DNA of 64,000 nucleotides from the NCBI GenBank assembly GCA_963840035.1, contig CAWIXE010000002.1, forward strand, positions 992,099-1,056,098, given 5' to 3'. The translations under genes were made by a program, and so were the position numbers. The first letter of the stretch is position 1, and every line of letters begins with the position of its first letter. Shown here piece after piece: positions 7,374-17,629 of the stretch. A model generated the notes under the pieces. That model did no database searches, was not told where the DNA came from, and saw only the letters and a program-made list of their open reading frames with translations. The stretch is from a candidate division FCPU426 bacterium (GTDB taxonomy: Bacteria; Oederibacteriota; PGYV01; Palsa-1178).

Positions 7374-9512
7374 TTAAAAATTATAGGTTAATGATATTCC
7401 CACATTTTCCATATCCAGCATGGGCGCAAACCCTATCTTATTTTCCTTTGCTATTCTTTCGCTTCTGTTGGTATAAACCGCGTTGTAAACCGCGGTATAG
7501 CCGGGCGCGGAAGCCACATCAGCAAGATATGAAATTCCAAATAAAGCAATACCCGCATAGCGCATAAAATCCTGCGTCGTATTCCCTGTTTTTGTCCCCG
7601 GGTTGGCGAGGTATAACACCGCGCCAAGCGCTTCAACGCCTGCCAGAGTAAACGCCGTTGAATAATTTTCCGCGTAAAAATTACCCGCGCCATGCGCGAG
7701 CAGTCCGGGGCCGGCCGCTATTAAAAACGCGATGCCCGGTTCCTTTTCATCTTTCTTTTCCGTTACCTTATACGGGCTGTTCGGGCAAAGAAGCTGTTTG
7801 TAATATTCCGAATTGACATTATCGGTATGCAGCAGCGAGCCATAAAGGTCTATGCACCTCATGACGGTGTAAACGCCGATTGCGGAATACATAAAACCCT
7901 GCGCGATCTTTTTATTATCATCGCCGGCTTTTCCGTTATAAATCATTCCCACCCCGTATGTAATGCCCGTTAAAATCGGCGTGGCAATAAGCAGCTTAAG
8001 CGCTGTCTCGTTATCGCCCGCCCACCAGTGCCCTGCTCCGGGAATAATTCCGGCGGTAAGCGAGAATACGGAAGTAAGGGCCGGGTCTTTGTATTCCACC
8101 CTTTCCTTTTCAACTTTAAGCTCCATCGTTTTTATCTTATTAAGGTACAGCTCCGCGTTCTCGGTTGCCACAAAAGGAGCCGTGACATAATCAGTCAAAA
8201 GCCCCGCCGCCATCATGCCGGCTCCTGCTGACATAAGCGCGTAATCGGATTTTTCCGTATTTTCAAATTTACCGTTGATTATGGCGCCGGCCGTGATAAG
8301 CATGCCGCCCACTATGGTAAGCGACGAAGACGCGGGCGTCCATGTCTGCAGCCTGCTCCGCGAATAGAAATTACCGAACCCGGCGTAAAGCAGGTTTATG
8401 GGAAAAAGGTCTATGTACGAAAACATATGGGCCGAGAAAGGCGATTTAAACTCCTCATCAACATTCCTCCCCGCGTAAATCTTGTCCATACCCGCCGCGT
8501 GCGACGCCTCAAGTTTTGTGAGGTATGACGCGGTGGAAACATCGCCCGGATTATAAGACAGGTATTTTTTATAGAAAACTATTGCCTGCTCTTTATTGCC
8601 GAAAGAAACATAACAGTTGCCGAGGCGCTGATACGCCTGGTATATGCCCGCGTTGAGTTTTACAACCTCGGAATAGGCGTAGAATGCCTGCTTGTAGTTG
8701 CGCTGAGATTCCAGGGCCAGCCCTTTTTTATAATACTCCTGCGCCTTTGCCTTATTATCGTCAACCGGCGCTATTTTACCCGCTTCTTCAGCCAGTTTTT
8801 TATTTTGTTCTTCAAGTTTTTTCGCGTTTTCCTGCTGTTTTTTCTCGCTCTCGCGCTGCTGCTCTTCAAGCTGTTTCTGAGCGTCCTTCTGCTGCTGTTC
8901 ATACTGGCGCTGCTGTTCCTCGGTGCGTTTCTTCGCGTCCTGCTGCTGTTGTTCATACTGACGCTTCTGTTCCTCAGTACGGTTTTTGGCGTCCTGTTGC
9001 TGCTGTTCGTACTGGCGTTTCTGTTCTTCAGTACGGTTCTTCGCGTCTTTCTGCTGCTGTTCATACTGCCGTTGCTGCTCTTCAGTTCGTTTTTTTGCGT
9101 CCTGTACCTGCTGTTCATTCTTTCGTTTCTGTTCTTCAGCCTGTTTCTTAGCTTCATTTAAGCGCTCTTCATAGCGTTTCTGGCTGTCATCAGCCGCCAT
9201 TTTTGAGTCTTTATTCTTCTGTTCGACAGCCTTTAACTGTTCTTCCTTTTTTGCCTTCAGCGCTTCCTGATTCTTTTTATAGGCTTCCTGCCTTGCTTTA
9301 TAATCAGCAAGCTTCTTATTATAAGCCTGCTGTGTAGCCTGCGCCACTGCCGCCTTTATCTTAGAAACTACAGGCTTTACAGTTTTGACTGGAACCGCTT
9401 TAACCGCAGGTTTAACCGTAGGTATTGCCGTAGGCTTAACCGTAGAAGCAGCCGCTCCAAAGAGCATATTTGCCGAAGCCAAAAGCACAATTAGCAGTAT
9501 ATATTTTCTCAT
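7374..9512 (-). CDS. secreted coiled-coil repeat / TPR protein with C-terminal putative beta-barrel-like domain
   Basis: Signal peptide; 18-aa Q/E/K-rich repeats (DAKNRTEEQKRQYEQQQQ); TPR-like segment; C-terminus ends '...ISLTYNF'. Confidence 0.5.
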   Translation of the reverse strand: MRKYILLIVLLASANMLFGAAASTVKPTAIPTVKPAVKAVPVKTVKPVVSKIKAAVAQATQQAYNKKLADYKARQEAYKKNQEALKAKKEEQLKAVEQKNKDSKMAADDSQKRYEERLNEAKKQAEEQKRKNEQQVQDAKKRTEEQQRQYEQQQKDAKNRTEEQKRQYEQQQQDAKNRTEEQKRQYEQQQQDAKKRTEEQQRQYEQQQKDAQKQLEEQQRESEKKQQENAKKLEEQNKKLAEEAGKIAPVDDNKAKAQEYYKKGLALESQRNYKQAFYAYSEVVKLNAGIYQAYQRLGNCYVSFGNKEQAIVFYKKYLSYNPGDVSTASYLTKLEASHAAGMDKIYAGRNVDEEFKSPFSAHMFSYIDLFPINLLYAGFGNFYSRSRLQTWTPASSSLTIVGGMLITAGAIINGKFENTEKSDYALMSAGAGMMAAGLLTDYVTAPFVATENAELYLNKIKTMELKVEKERVEYKDPALTSVFSLTAGIIPGAGHWWAGDNETALKLLIATPILTGITYGVGMIYNGKAGDDNKKIAQGFMYSAIGVYTVMRCIDLYGSLLHTDNVNSEYYKQLLCPNSPYKVTEKKDEKEPGIAFLIAAGPGLLAHGAGNFYAENYSTAFTLAGVEALGAVLYLANPGTKTGNTTQDFMRYAGIALFGISYLADVASAPGYTAVYNAVYTNRSERIAKENKIGFAPMLDMENVGISLTYNF
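8881..9100. repeat. 54-bp in-frame tandem repeats (about 4 copies) encoding 18-aa coiled-coil units
   Basis: Units beginning 'gcgtcct(t/g)ctgctg...ttcatactg...' recur every 54 bp. Confidence 0.75.
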
Positions 9513-9513
9513 A

Positions 9514-10152
9514 TCAGAACCTCCACGAAAGGCGTGCGGGTATGTAATTAAGCGCCCACGCCGAAGGCCCTAAAGGGATGTACCACAACTTAACCACCTG
9601 TCTAAGGTCTGTGGCTTCAGTAAACATCACCGAGAAAGCGGTTGATAAAACCAGGTTGTCGGTAAGGTTAGCTGAAACTCCTACTTCCACAGAGGGAGAA
9701 AAGAAAGATGAAGAGGTGGTTTCAAGCACCGAGTGTATCTCCCCTGTCTCATTCCTCATAGGATAGGAGGCATTGCCGGAATTAAGTTTTTGTCTTGAGA
9801 CAAAGGAAAAAGAAGGCAGCAGGTTGATAAAGAGGCTGTATCTTTCATCAATTGCGGAAGTCCTGGCCCCGAGGATTACGGCTATATTGGTTATCGCGTC
9901 ATTATATACCGTGTCAGAAAGCGTTGCGGAATCATTATAAAGCATGGGTATGTAAGTAAGCCTGCCGCCGATATAGAAGTTATTAGTGGCGTTGTAAACG
10001 CACTGCCCTTCATATACGGGAAGGTTAATAGCCGCCGAAATAGCGTACCCAATCCCGGCCTCAACGCCGTTATCAAAACTCTTCATTTTAAAAGCCGATA
10101 TAACCGGCACAAACAGCGCCACCAAAACAATCGCTCCAATAAGTCTCTTCAT
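9514..10152 (-). CDS. outer-membrane beta-barrel-type protein
   Basis: Start set at MMKRLIGAIVLVALF signal peptide; alternating hydrophobic pattern, C-terminal '...ARLSWRF'. Confidence 0.5.
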   Translation of the reverse strand: MKRLIGAIVLVALFVPVISAFKMKSFDNGVEAGIGYAISAAINLPVYEGQCVYNATNNFYIGGRLTYIPMLYNDSATLSDTVYNDAITNIAVILGARTSAIDERYSLFINLLPSFSFVSRQKLNSGNASYPMRNETGEIHSVLETTSSSFFSPSVEVGVSANLTDNLVLSTAFSVMFTEATDLRQVVKLWYIPLGPSAWALNYIPARLSWRF

Positions 10153-10331
10153 CATTTCTCCTTTTTCCCCAATAAAACAATTATATTTTATCACGTCTTA
10201 CATATATTAGTCAATTTTTAACCAAATTAGTTCCGTTTAAAAGCCCAATCGTAAATCAACAACAAACAACTTCGCAGCACTTATGCTTTTCCATTATATG
10301 CCCGCACAAGCAACAAAATAGTCAGGTTTTC

Positions 10332-10395
10332 GTAGAGACACAGCTTGCTGTGTCTCGCCTTTCAACGTCTGAGACGCAGCAAGCTGCGTCTCTAC
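10332..10395. repeat. 64-bp GTAGAGA...TCTCTAC double-hairpin repeat, copy A
   Basis: 'gtagagacacagcttgctgtgtctcgcctttcaacgtctgagacgcagcaagctgcgtctctac'; two adjacent perfect hairpins; ~97% identical to copy B. Confidence 0.8.
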
Positions 10396-10450
10396 AAAAA
10401 TCCGACTCATCAAGTAGTTCTTAGAATTGCCGTATTACATTTAAAAGCAA

Positions 10451-11104
10451 TTAAAAACTTGTTATGCAACGGGCTGTTTTCATAGGCGTTTTCTTTAACA
10501 TCGTTTTATATTTACCATATGTCCGCCATGTTAAAAAACCCATAAAACGCAAATAATAGATTTCGCATGCCTTCAAAAACGAAAATTTTTGCACCTTATT
10601 CTTATCTGAAACCGTCATTAGCCCGACCATATTCTTTCCTATGCTTGGTTTACCCTGATATAAAAACAGCGCAAAGTATGCGATAAACATTATGAACGCT
10701 ATTATCAGATTTACAGCCATTACGAGGTCGCTTATCACAACATAGCCCCGGATAAAGCCCCACTTAAATTCGCCCGTTCTTAAGTATTCCACACTCAGCG
10801 TAACACAGCTTGTTATCGCGCCGATTGGAATCATCAAAAAAAATGCGTCTATAATAAATGCTGCAGACTTACGTATCCATGACGGCTTTGCGTTAATTAT
10901 CTTAACTTTAAAATCAATGCGCTGAAAAAAATATATGAATACAAGATAAAAAACTGCCACCAGCACGCTTTTCAGTGATGAAACGGCATATACTTTTGTA
11001 GCGCCATTGCTTGATTGTATGGATGTGGCTGAACCAGGATTTAAGAAAATAAGAGCCAAAAATATAACAGTAATTATTTTATCCCAGTTTTTAATTTTAA
11101 CCAC
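10451..11104 (-). CDS. RDD family membrane protein
   Basis: Polytopic membrane protein with 'QGKPSIGKNMVGLMTV' resembling the RDD-domain G-x-[ST]-x-GK...G motif. Confidence 0.5.
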   Translation of the reverse strand: MVKIKNWDKIITVIFLALIFLNPGSATSIQSSNGATKVYAVSSLKSVLVAVFYLVFIYFFQRIDFKVKIINAKPSWIRKSAAFIIDAFFLMIPIGAITSCVTLSVEYLRTGEFKWGFIRGYVVISDLVMAVNLIIAFIMFIAYFALFLYQGKPSIGKNMVGLMTVSDKNKVQKFSFLKACEIYYLRFMGFLTWRTYGKYKTMLKKTPMKTARCITSF

Positions 11105-11147
11105 ATCGCCTTCCTATTCATCTTTGTATTATAAGAATCACAAACCT

Positions 11148-11211
11148 GTAGAGACACAGCTTGCTGTGTCTCGCCCTTCAACGTCTGAGACGCAGCAAGC
11201 CGCGTCTCTAC
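11148..11211. repeat. 64-bp GTAGAGA...TCTCTAC double-hairpin repeat, copy B
   Basis: Same sequence as 10332..10395 with 2 substitutions; lies between uvrA stop and RDD gene start. Confidence 0.8.
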
Positions 11212-11226
11212 AAAAAACAGAACAGG

Positions 11227-14049
11227 TCAGCACTTCGTCCTGCCCATGTGCTTGCACAGGTACTGCCCTGTATAGGAATTCTTCACCTTCATTATTTCTT
11301 CCGGCGAACCTACAGCTACCACATTTCCGCCTTTATCCCCGCCTTCAGGGCCTATGTCTATGATATAGTCGGAGTTTTTAACAACATCAAGGTTGTGTTC
11401 TATTACCACAACCGTATTTCCCAGCTCAACCAGCCTGTTTAATACCGTCAGCAGTTTTTCAATATCCGCGAAATGCAGCCCTGTTGTGGGCTCGTCAAGT
11501 ATGTAAAAGGTGGAGCCTGTGGAGCGCTTGCAGAGCTCTTCGGCGAGCTTTACCCTCTGCGCTTCGCCGCCGGAGAGGGTTGTCGCCTGCTGTCCCATTG
11601 TTATATAGCCAAGCCCCACTTCATCAAGCGTTTCAAGGACAGTTTTTATCTTGGGTACGTTGGCGAAGAACTTTAACGCGTCCTCCACCCTCATATTCAG
11701 GACATCTGATATTGATTTATCCTTATAAAGTATCTCCAGGGTCTCCCTGTTATATCTCTTACCACCGCACTCCTCGCACGGCACATATACATCCGGCAAA
11801 AAGTGCATTTCTATCTTGATAATGCCGTCTCCGCCGCATACTTCGCACCTGCCGCCCTTGACATTAAAACTGAAACGCCCCGGTTCGTATCCGCGCAGTT
11901 TTGCTTCCTTGGTATTCGCGAAGATGTCCCTTATCTCGGTAAAAACACCCGTATATGTGGCCGGGTTTGAGCGCGGCGTCCTTCCTATGGGAGACTGGTC
12001 TATCTCTATGACTTTGTCCACCTGCTGCCAGCCAATCATTTCCTTATAACCCGAGGGCCTTAAACCGCCCCTGTAAACCTCATACATGAGAGCCGGGAAA
12101 AGAGTCTCCGCAATCAGCGATGATTTGCCCGAGCCTGATACGCCCGTGATGCATATGAAATTACCCAGCGGGAACCTGACATTTATGTCCTTTAAGTTAT
12201 TCGTTGTGGCGCCGCGGAGCTCTATGTACTTTTCCGCGCTTCTTTTTGATGTCTTTGGTATGGTTATCTTTGTCTTGTTATTTAAATATTTCGCCGTAAG
12301 TGATGTCTTGTGTTTTAAAATATCCTCCAGCGTCCCTGCCACAACAATTTCGCCGCCATGAACGCCCGGCCCGGGGCCCATGTCTATAACAAAATCGGCC
12401 TTGACTATTGTTTCCTCGTCATGTTCGACGACTATGACTGTATTCCCGAGGTCCCTCAGCTTTTTCAGGGTGCCAAGGAGTTTTTCGTTGTCGCGCTGGT
12501 GAAGCCCTATGGAGGGTTCGTCAAGGATATAAAGCACGCCCATTAACCCCACGCCTATCTGGGTGGCAAGGTGTATCCTCTGGAATTCGCCGCCGGAGAG
12601 CGTGCCTGATTTGCGGTCCAGGGTCAGGTACGCAAGGCCGACGTTTAAGAGGAACTGCAGCCTTCCTTTTATCTCCTTGAGGATCTGCTTTGATATAAGC
12701 TCGTCCTTTTTTGAAAGTTCAATCGAATTAAAATAAGCGTAGGCCTTTTCAATGGACATGGAAGATGCTTCAACAATGGTCTTCCCGCCCACGCGCACAT
12801 TCGCGGCCTCGGGCTTTAGCCTTTTGCCGCCGCATGTCCGGCATTCCTTTTCCATCATGTATTTCTGAAATATGTCGTCGCGTATCCTCTCGGTATCAGT
12901 ATCCTTATAGCGCCTTTCCAGGAACGGTATGAGCCCTTCAAACCCGCCTGTGTGCTTCCAGTCGGACGTATAACTTTTGTATTTATATTTGATGTTCTCG
13001 TCGGAACCGTATAAAATTATCTTCCTTATCTTATCCGGTAGTTTTTTAAATGGTATGCTAAGGCTGAATTTAAAATGCTCGGCTATGCCTGAAACCAGGT
13101 GCCAGTAATACCCGTCCCTGTTGCCCCACGGTTTTAAAGCCCCGTCCTGTATGGACAGTTCCTCGTTTACCACAAGCTTTTCATCCACTTCCACCCTGCT
13201 GCCTATTCCCATGCATTCCGGGCACGCGCCAAACGGGCTGTTAAACGAGAACAGCCTGGGCTCAAGCTTCTGCATTGAGAAGCCGCACTTCGAGCATGAG
13301 AGCTTTTCGGAGAAAAGCGTGTCTGTGTTTTTTTCCGAATCATTTATGATGGCAATACCCTCGCCTATTTTTACGGCGAGCTCCACAGACTGGGTTATCC
13401 TTTTCTTTTCCGCCGCGGACACGGCTATCCTGTCGACCACTATTTCCACGCTGTGTTTTTTGTTCTTTTCAATGGTTATCTTGTCTTCCACGGATTTCAC
13501 AACGCCGTCCACACGGACCCTTAAAAAGCCTTCTTTCTTAATATTCTCAAACATTTTGGAGTACTCGCCTTTTCTTCCCGAGATTACCGGGGCGAGTATG
13601 AGTATCTTCGTGCCTTCCTTCATTTCCAGCACCCGGTCAGTTATCTGCTGGACGCTTACCGACTTTATCTGGGTTCCGTCATTGGGGCAGTATGGCACGC
13701 CGATCCTGGCCCAGAGCAGCCTGAAGTAATCGTAAATCTCGGTAATGGTCCCTACTGTGGACCTCGGGTTTGACCCGGCGCTTTTCTGCTCTATGGCGAT
13801 TGCCGGCGATAGACCTTCTATGGTATCAACATCAGGCTTCTGCATCTGCCCGAGGAACTGCCTGGCGTACGCTGAAAGCGATTCCACGTAGCGCCTCTGG
13901 CCTTCCGCGTATATGGTGTCAAACGCCAGCGAAGACTTGCCGGAGCCCGATACCCCCGTTATGACAACGAGCTTGTCGCGGGGTATGCTGATATCTATAT
14001 TCTTGAGATTGTGTTCCCTTGCGCCTTTGATTGTTATGAATGATGCCAC
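11227..14049 (-). CDS. uvrA: excinuclease ABC subunit A
   Basis: 940 aa; '[57 protein letters not shown]'; duplicated ABC ATPase modules and zinc-finger cysteines. Confidence 0.95.
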   Translation of the reverse strand: MASFITIKGAREHNLKNIDISIPRDKLVVITGVSGSGKSSLAFDTIYAEGQRRYVESLSAYARQFLGQMQKPDVDTIEGLSPAIAIEQKSAGSNPRSTVGTITEIYDYFRLLWARIGVPYCPNDGTQIKSVSVQQITDRVLEMKEGTKILILAPVISGRKGEYSKMFENIKKEGFLRVRVDGVVKSVEDKITIEKNKKHSVEIVVDRIAVSAAEKKRITQSVELAVKIGEGIAIINDSEKNTDTLFSEKLSCSKCGFSMQKLEPRLFSFNSPFGACPECMGIGSRVEVDEKLVVNEELSIQDGALKPWGNRDGYYWHLVSGIAEHFKFSLSIPFKKLPDKIRKIILYGSDENIKYKYKSYTSDWKHTGGFEGLIPFLERRYKDTDTERIRDDIFQKYMMEKECRTCGGKRLKPEAANVRVGGKTIVEASSMSIEKAYAYFNSIELSKKDELISKQILKEIKGRLQFLLNVGLAYLTLDRKSGTLSGGEFQRIHLATQIGVGLMGVLYILDEPSIGLHQRDNEKLLGTLKKLRDLGNTVIVVEHDEETIVKADFVIDMGPGPGVHGGEIVVAGTLEDILKHKTSLTAKYLNNKTKITIPKTSKRSAEKYIELRGATTNNLKDINVRFPLGNFICITGVSGSGKSSLIAETLFPALMYEVYRGGLRPSGYKEMIGWQQVDKVIEIDQSPIGRTPRSNPATYTGVFTEIRDIFANTKEAKLRGYEPGRFSFNVKGGRCEVCGGDGIIKIEMHFLPDVYVPCEECGGKRYNRETLEILYKDKSISDVLNMRVEDALKFFANVPKIKTVLETLDEVGLGYITMGQQATTLSGGEAQRVKLAEELCKRSTGSTFYILDEPTTGLHFADIEKLLTVLNRLVELGNTVVVIEHNLDVVKNSDYIIDIGPEGGDKGGNVVAVGSPEEIMKVKNSYTGQYLCKHMGRTKC

Positions 14050-14059
14050 TTTACACCTG

Positions 14060-14764
14060 TTATTGTAGCAGCCCTTGCGGATTGCTTATTTTCTTCTCAC
14101 TTAACATGAAAAGAATTCTGTCGTACGCGTACTTTTTTGTTTCCTTATCCTTTGTGTTCTTATAGACCCAGGCCCAGTACTTTGCCGCCTCATCAGGGGT
14201 TTTGGAGACTTCATATATGTTTCCCAGCAGCCTTTCAATTATTGCGGGATGGTCGTTAAACTTCAGCGCGTCCTCCAGCAGGCTTATGTATTTAAGGGTA
14301 TCCCCCTGCTTGCTGTACATGATGGCCGCCATGTAATACCTGAGTTTCCAGAACTGCGGGTTATAACGCAGCCCCTTTTGTATCACGGCAATTGCCTCGT
14401 CATATTTTTTAAGGTTAAACGCGAGTATGGCTCCGCCGTAAGTGTAAGCGAAGGTAAAGTGCGGGTCAGCGTCAGTCATGTTGTCAATATACGTGTAGAG
14501 TTTGGTCCACCTGCCGGTCATATTGGACCTGTCGCCGTAATACTGCAGGAAGGATATGTATTCAAAATCCGCCAGCAGCGCCCTGTATCCGAAGGAAACG
14601 CCCATGATATGGTCAAACTTCTTATACGAATGCGGTGTCAGAAAATACCAGTCAGGCTGTGTGGCGAAAAGCATTTTTGCGGCGCCGGAGCTGAAAAAAC
14701 ACATTCCAGCCGCCATGATAACAGCCGATACGGCAAGCACGGACTTCCTGGCAAAAGATCCCAT
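14060..14764 (-). CDS. hypothetical protein with N-terminal signal/anchor and TPR-like helical repeats, co-operonic with ABC transporter
   Basis: Start set at [20 protein letters not shown] (the ORF-track N-terminus overlaps the permease gene). Confidence 0.45.
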   Translation of the reverse strand: MGSFARKSVLAVSAVIMAAGMCFFSSGAAKMLFATQPDWYFLTPHSYKKFDHIMGVSFGYRALLADFEYISFLQYYGDRSNMTGRWTKLYTYIDNMTDADPHFTFAYTYGGAILAFNLKKYDEAIAVIQKGLRYNPQFWKLRYYMAAIMYSKQGDTLKYISLLEDALKFNDHPAIIERLLGNIYEVSKTPDEAAKYWAWVYKNTKDKETKKYAYDRILFMLSEKKISNPQGLLQ

Positions 14765-14765
14765 T

Positions 14766-15539
14766 TTAGAATTCCTTTTTTTCAAATATAAACGAAGCAG
14801 CCATGAGCGTGATGGCCGCATACAGCACAGCGTAACCCAGCACAAACCCCAGATAATTGATGTTAAAGATCCCTTCGGGCGAGGATATTTTATCCTTAAG
14901 GTTAAAAAGCTCCATGTTTGGCACTATGTAATAAACCGCGTCAACCGCTGTTTTTACGACCATATCCGAACCCGCCTTTACAAGGTTCTTTAAATGTATG
15001 GTCAGGTGGCCCAGCGCGTAGAGGAACACGAGGTAAATAACGCATGTCGGGACAGACGTCGTAATCACGGAAAGAAGCAGCGCGGTCGAGGCGATAGTGG
15101 CCACGCCCATGAAGGAATAAAACGCCGACACAATTAACCGCAGGTCCCACGGGTCCCCGCCTTTAATCGAAATGATCACCATAAGCACGATGAGCATCAT
15201 CAGCACATTAATAAAAAGGGTCGCGGCGATGCCTAGATATTTGCCCACTATGTATTCATGGCGCCTGATCGGCTTGACCATAATCATGGATATGGTCTTT
15301 AACTCTGTCTCCTCGAACATCTGGATGGTGATGGAAAGCGCCAATGTGAGGAACGCGAATATCGATATGGCAAAAAGTCCGAAATCCAGCACCATCTTCA
15401 TCTCAGATTCCTGGGCAAGCGCCGATATGGCAAGAGAAAAGCCTATGGCAAAGACCGCGAATATGACAAGAATATTCAGCATCTTGTTCCTGAAGCTCTG
15501 CTTGAAGATGTATTCCGCCACAGCGAGAATCCGCCTCAT
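14766..15539 (-). CDS. ABC-2 family transporter permease
   Basis: 257 aa, 6 predicted TM helices, typical ABC-2 permease size and topology; 4-nt overlap with upstream ATPase gene. Confidence 0.7.
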   Translation of the reverse strand: MRRILAVAEYIFKQSFRNKMLNILVIFAVFAIGFSLAISALAQESEMKMVLDFGLFAISIFAFLTLALSITIQMFEETELKTISMIMVKPIRRHEYIVGKYLGIAATLFINVLMMLIVLMVIISIKGGDPWDLRLIVSAFYSFMGVATIASTALLLSVITTSVPTCVIYLVFLYALGHLTIHLKNLVKAGSDMVVKTAVDAVYYIVPNMELFNLKDKISSPEGIFNINYLGFVLGYAVLYAAITLMAASFIFEKKEF

Positions 15540-16285
15540 TTTTCCACCCCCGCGGTCACTTTTTTAACGAAGTAATTTTCCATGGATTTATATTTCTTCA
15601 TTATGGGTTTCAACGGGCTGACGTCCACAAGCACGCCCTTATTAAGCACCGCCACCCTGTTGCATATCTTTTCCACTTCGCTTAATATGTGCGTGTTAAA
15701 GAATATGGTCTTTCCCCTTGCGTGCAGGGCGAGTATTATGTCCCTGGTCTCCTTGTATCCGAGCGGGTCCAGCCCTGACATGGGCTCGTCCAAAAATAAA
15801 AGGTCCGGGTCGTTTATAATAGCCTGCGCCAGGCCGAGCCTTCCCTGCATGCCCTTGGAAAGCCCCTTAACCATGGTATTCGCCTTATCTTTTAACCTCA
15901 CGGTATCAAGGACATCATCTATTTTCTTATTCACAGTATCAGCGGGTATGCCAAGTACCGCGGCAAAATATTCAAGGACTTCCCTGACTTTTAAATATTT
16001 AGGAAAATAAGGCAGTTCAGAGAGATACCCTATGCGCGCACGCACGCTTATATCGTCTACGGATTTGCCGAATATTTTTATGCTGCCCGAAGTCGGTTTC
16101 AAAAGCCCTAAAAGGACTTTCATAAGCGTTGTCTTACCCGCGCCATTTAACCCAAGAAGCCCGAATATCTCGCCTTTGTATACGGTAAGATTAACATCTG
16201 AGATGGCTGTAGTCCTGTCCTTCTTCCAGAAATCAAGCGCTTTGTAAATCTTTGTCGCGTTTTTTATCTCTACAACAGGTTCCAT
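15536..16285 (-). CDS. ABC transporter ATP-binding protein
   Basis: Walker A 'GLNGAGKTT', signature 'LSKGMQGRLGLAQA', Walker B 'LLFLDEP'. Confidence 0.9.
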   Translation of the reverse strand: MEPVVEIKNATKIYKALDFWKKDRTTAISDVNLTVYKGEIFGLLGLNGAGKTTLMKVLLGLLKPTSGSIKIFGKSVDDISVRARIGYLSELPYFPKYLKVREVLEYFAAVLGIPADTVNKKIDDVLDTVRLKDKANTMVKGLSKGMQGRLGLAQAIINDPDLLFLDEPMSGLDPLGYKETRDIILALHARGKTIFFNTHILSEVEKICNRVAVLNKGVLVDVSPLKPIMKKYKSMENYFVKKVTAGVEK

Positions 16286-16301
16286 AATACCTCCATGAAT
16301 C

Positions 16302-16392
16302 AGCTTAAAACTGAAAGCTTAAAACTGAAAATTGAGTCAAAACCGGACTTGAAATATTATTTCATTTTCAGTTTTCAGCTTTAAACTTTAAA
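16302..16392. repeat. simple-sequence imperfect inverted repeat at operon junction
   Basis: 'agcttaaaactgaaagcttaaaactgaaaattga' vs downstream 'ttcattttcagttttcagctttaaactttaaa'. Confidence 0.6.
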
Positions 16393-16398
16393 TTTGTC

Positions 16399-17211
16399 TT
16401 ACGACCCTATATGTATCGGGTCGACTATCTTCTTAATCAGCACTATGACCGACAGCGCCGTTATATAACTGGTTTTAGGGTTGCGCGGCGACGGAAGATT
16501 CTCCGATATGACCCTGAAACGGCCGAACTCGCCTTCGACTATTATTTCGTGCATATTTGAATTAATGAAAGGGTCTATGACTATCTTTACTTTTGTCCTA
16601 TCCGGCCCAATTCCTGCGATGCTTAACGTGGCTGCCACGTTCACGTTTGCCGGGAAATGCACCACTGCTTCCCTTGCTGACCCGTCGAACACGACAGTTT
16701 CCGTGGTAATAGCATCAAGGTTAATCTTCATCTTTTCAAGGTATTCGTTTCCCTTAAACGCCTGCGGCGGTTTGCGGGTAATAAGCGTGACTGAAGTCAG
16801 TCCGCTGAGTTTGGCCGCGTCAAGTCCGTCAATCCCCACCACGGCGCCGGACGGGACATAAATATTTATCTTCTGTTTCCTTGCCTCCTCCACGAGGTCC
16901 ATGCAGTCGAGCACTCCTCCGGCAGAGAGGAACATGATGTCCCTTTTATGCTTTATCGCCAGCTCAAAAAAGCCCCTTACGGCGGATTTAACCGCGCATT
17001 CCACAACCAGGTCGCAGGACTTTATGAGGTCTTCGACATCCATGAATATCGGTTTTACGCTTTTATACTTTGCGGAAAGCGCGTCAAACTTTGACTTGTC
17101 CTTGTCATAGCAGGCGTGCAAAGTAACATTTATGTCCCCTTTGTCAATGGCCATGGCTATTTCGCTTCCGATGTTACCGCACCCAATTACCCCGAGTTTT
17201 TTCGTGTCCAT
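16399..17211 (-). CDS. nadX: L-aspartate dehydrogenase
   Basis: 'GVIGCGNIGSEIA' Rossmann motif and C-terminal '...ENLPSPRNPKTSYITALSVI...' resembling Thermotoga NadX. Confidence 0.75.
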   Translation of the reverse strand: MDTKKLGVIGCGNIGSEIAMAIDKGDINVTLHACYDKDKSKFDALSAKYKSVKPIFMDVEDLIKSCDLVVECAVKSAVRGFFELAIKHKRDIMFLSAGGVLDCMDLVEEARKQKINIYVPSGAVVGIDGLDAAKLSGLTSVTLITRKPPQAFKGNEYLEKMKINLDAITTETVVFDGSAREAVVHFPANVNVAATLSIAGIGPDRTKVKIVIDPFINSNMHEIIVEGEFGRFRVISENLPSPRNPKTSYITALSVIVLIKKIVDPIHIGS

Positions 17212-17220
17212 TTTTTCCCT

Positions 17221-17580
17221 CTACTTTATCCTGTTATTTTTATCCACTTTCACGATGCGCGGTTTAAAGGCCGACCTTTGCCCCGCCTCGACCAATCCGT
17301 ATGACACAATGATAATGACGTCATTTTTTTCGGCGAGCCTGGCGGCCGCGCCGTTTATGCATATCTGCCCCGAACCTTTTTTTCCTTTTATGACATATGT
17401 CTCAAACCGGTTCCCGTTATTGATATTAAGGACATGCACTTTCTCATTTTCAAAAATATCCGCCGCTTCCATGAGCTTCTCGTCTATGGTAATGGACCCC
17501 TCGTATTCAAGGTGTTTATCCGTCACACTCGCGCGGTGAATTTTTGATTTCAGCATTTCTACAAGCATTGGAACCTCCAT
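17221..17580 (-). CDS. panD: aspartate 1-decarboxylase
   Basis: '[25 protein letters not shown]' with Gly-Ser self-processing site. Confidence 0.9.
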   Translation of the reverse strand: MEVPMLVEMLKSKIHRASVTDKHLEYEGSITIDEKLMEAADIFENEKVHVLNINNGNRFETYVIKGKKGSGQICINGAAARLAEKNDVIIIVSYGLVEAGQRSAFKPRIVKVDKNNRIK

Positions 17581-17629
17581 AAGGGCGAATTTTCAATTTT
17601 AAATTTTATATTTTCAATTAACACCGGAA

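Noticed and set aside
8805-9161. Plus-strand Leu/Phe-rich ORFs (8684..9174 region) over the 54-bp repeats
   Set aside because: Antisense translation of the coiled-coil repeat region of the 7374..9512 gene; repeat-driven artefact.
14765-14845. N-terminal extension 'MCWVTLCCMRPSRSWLLRLYLKKRNSK' of ORF 14060..14845
   Set aside because: Overlaps the 3' end of the permease gene in another frame; the downstream Met followed by a hydrophobic signal/anchor is the plausible start.
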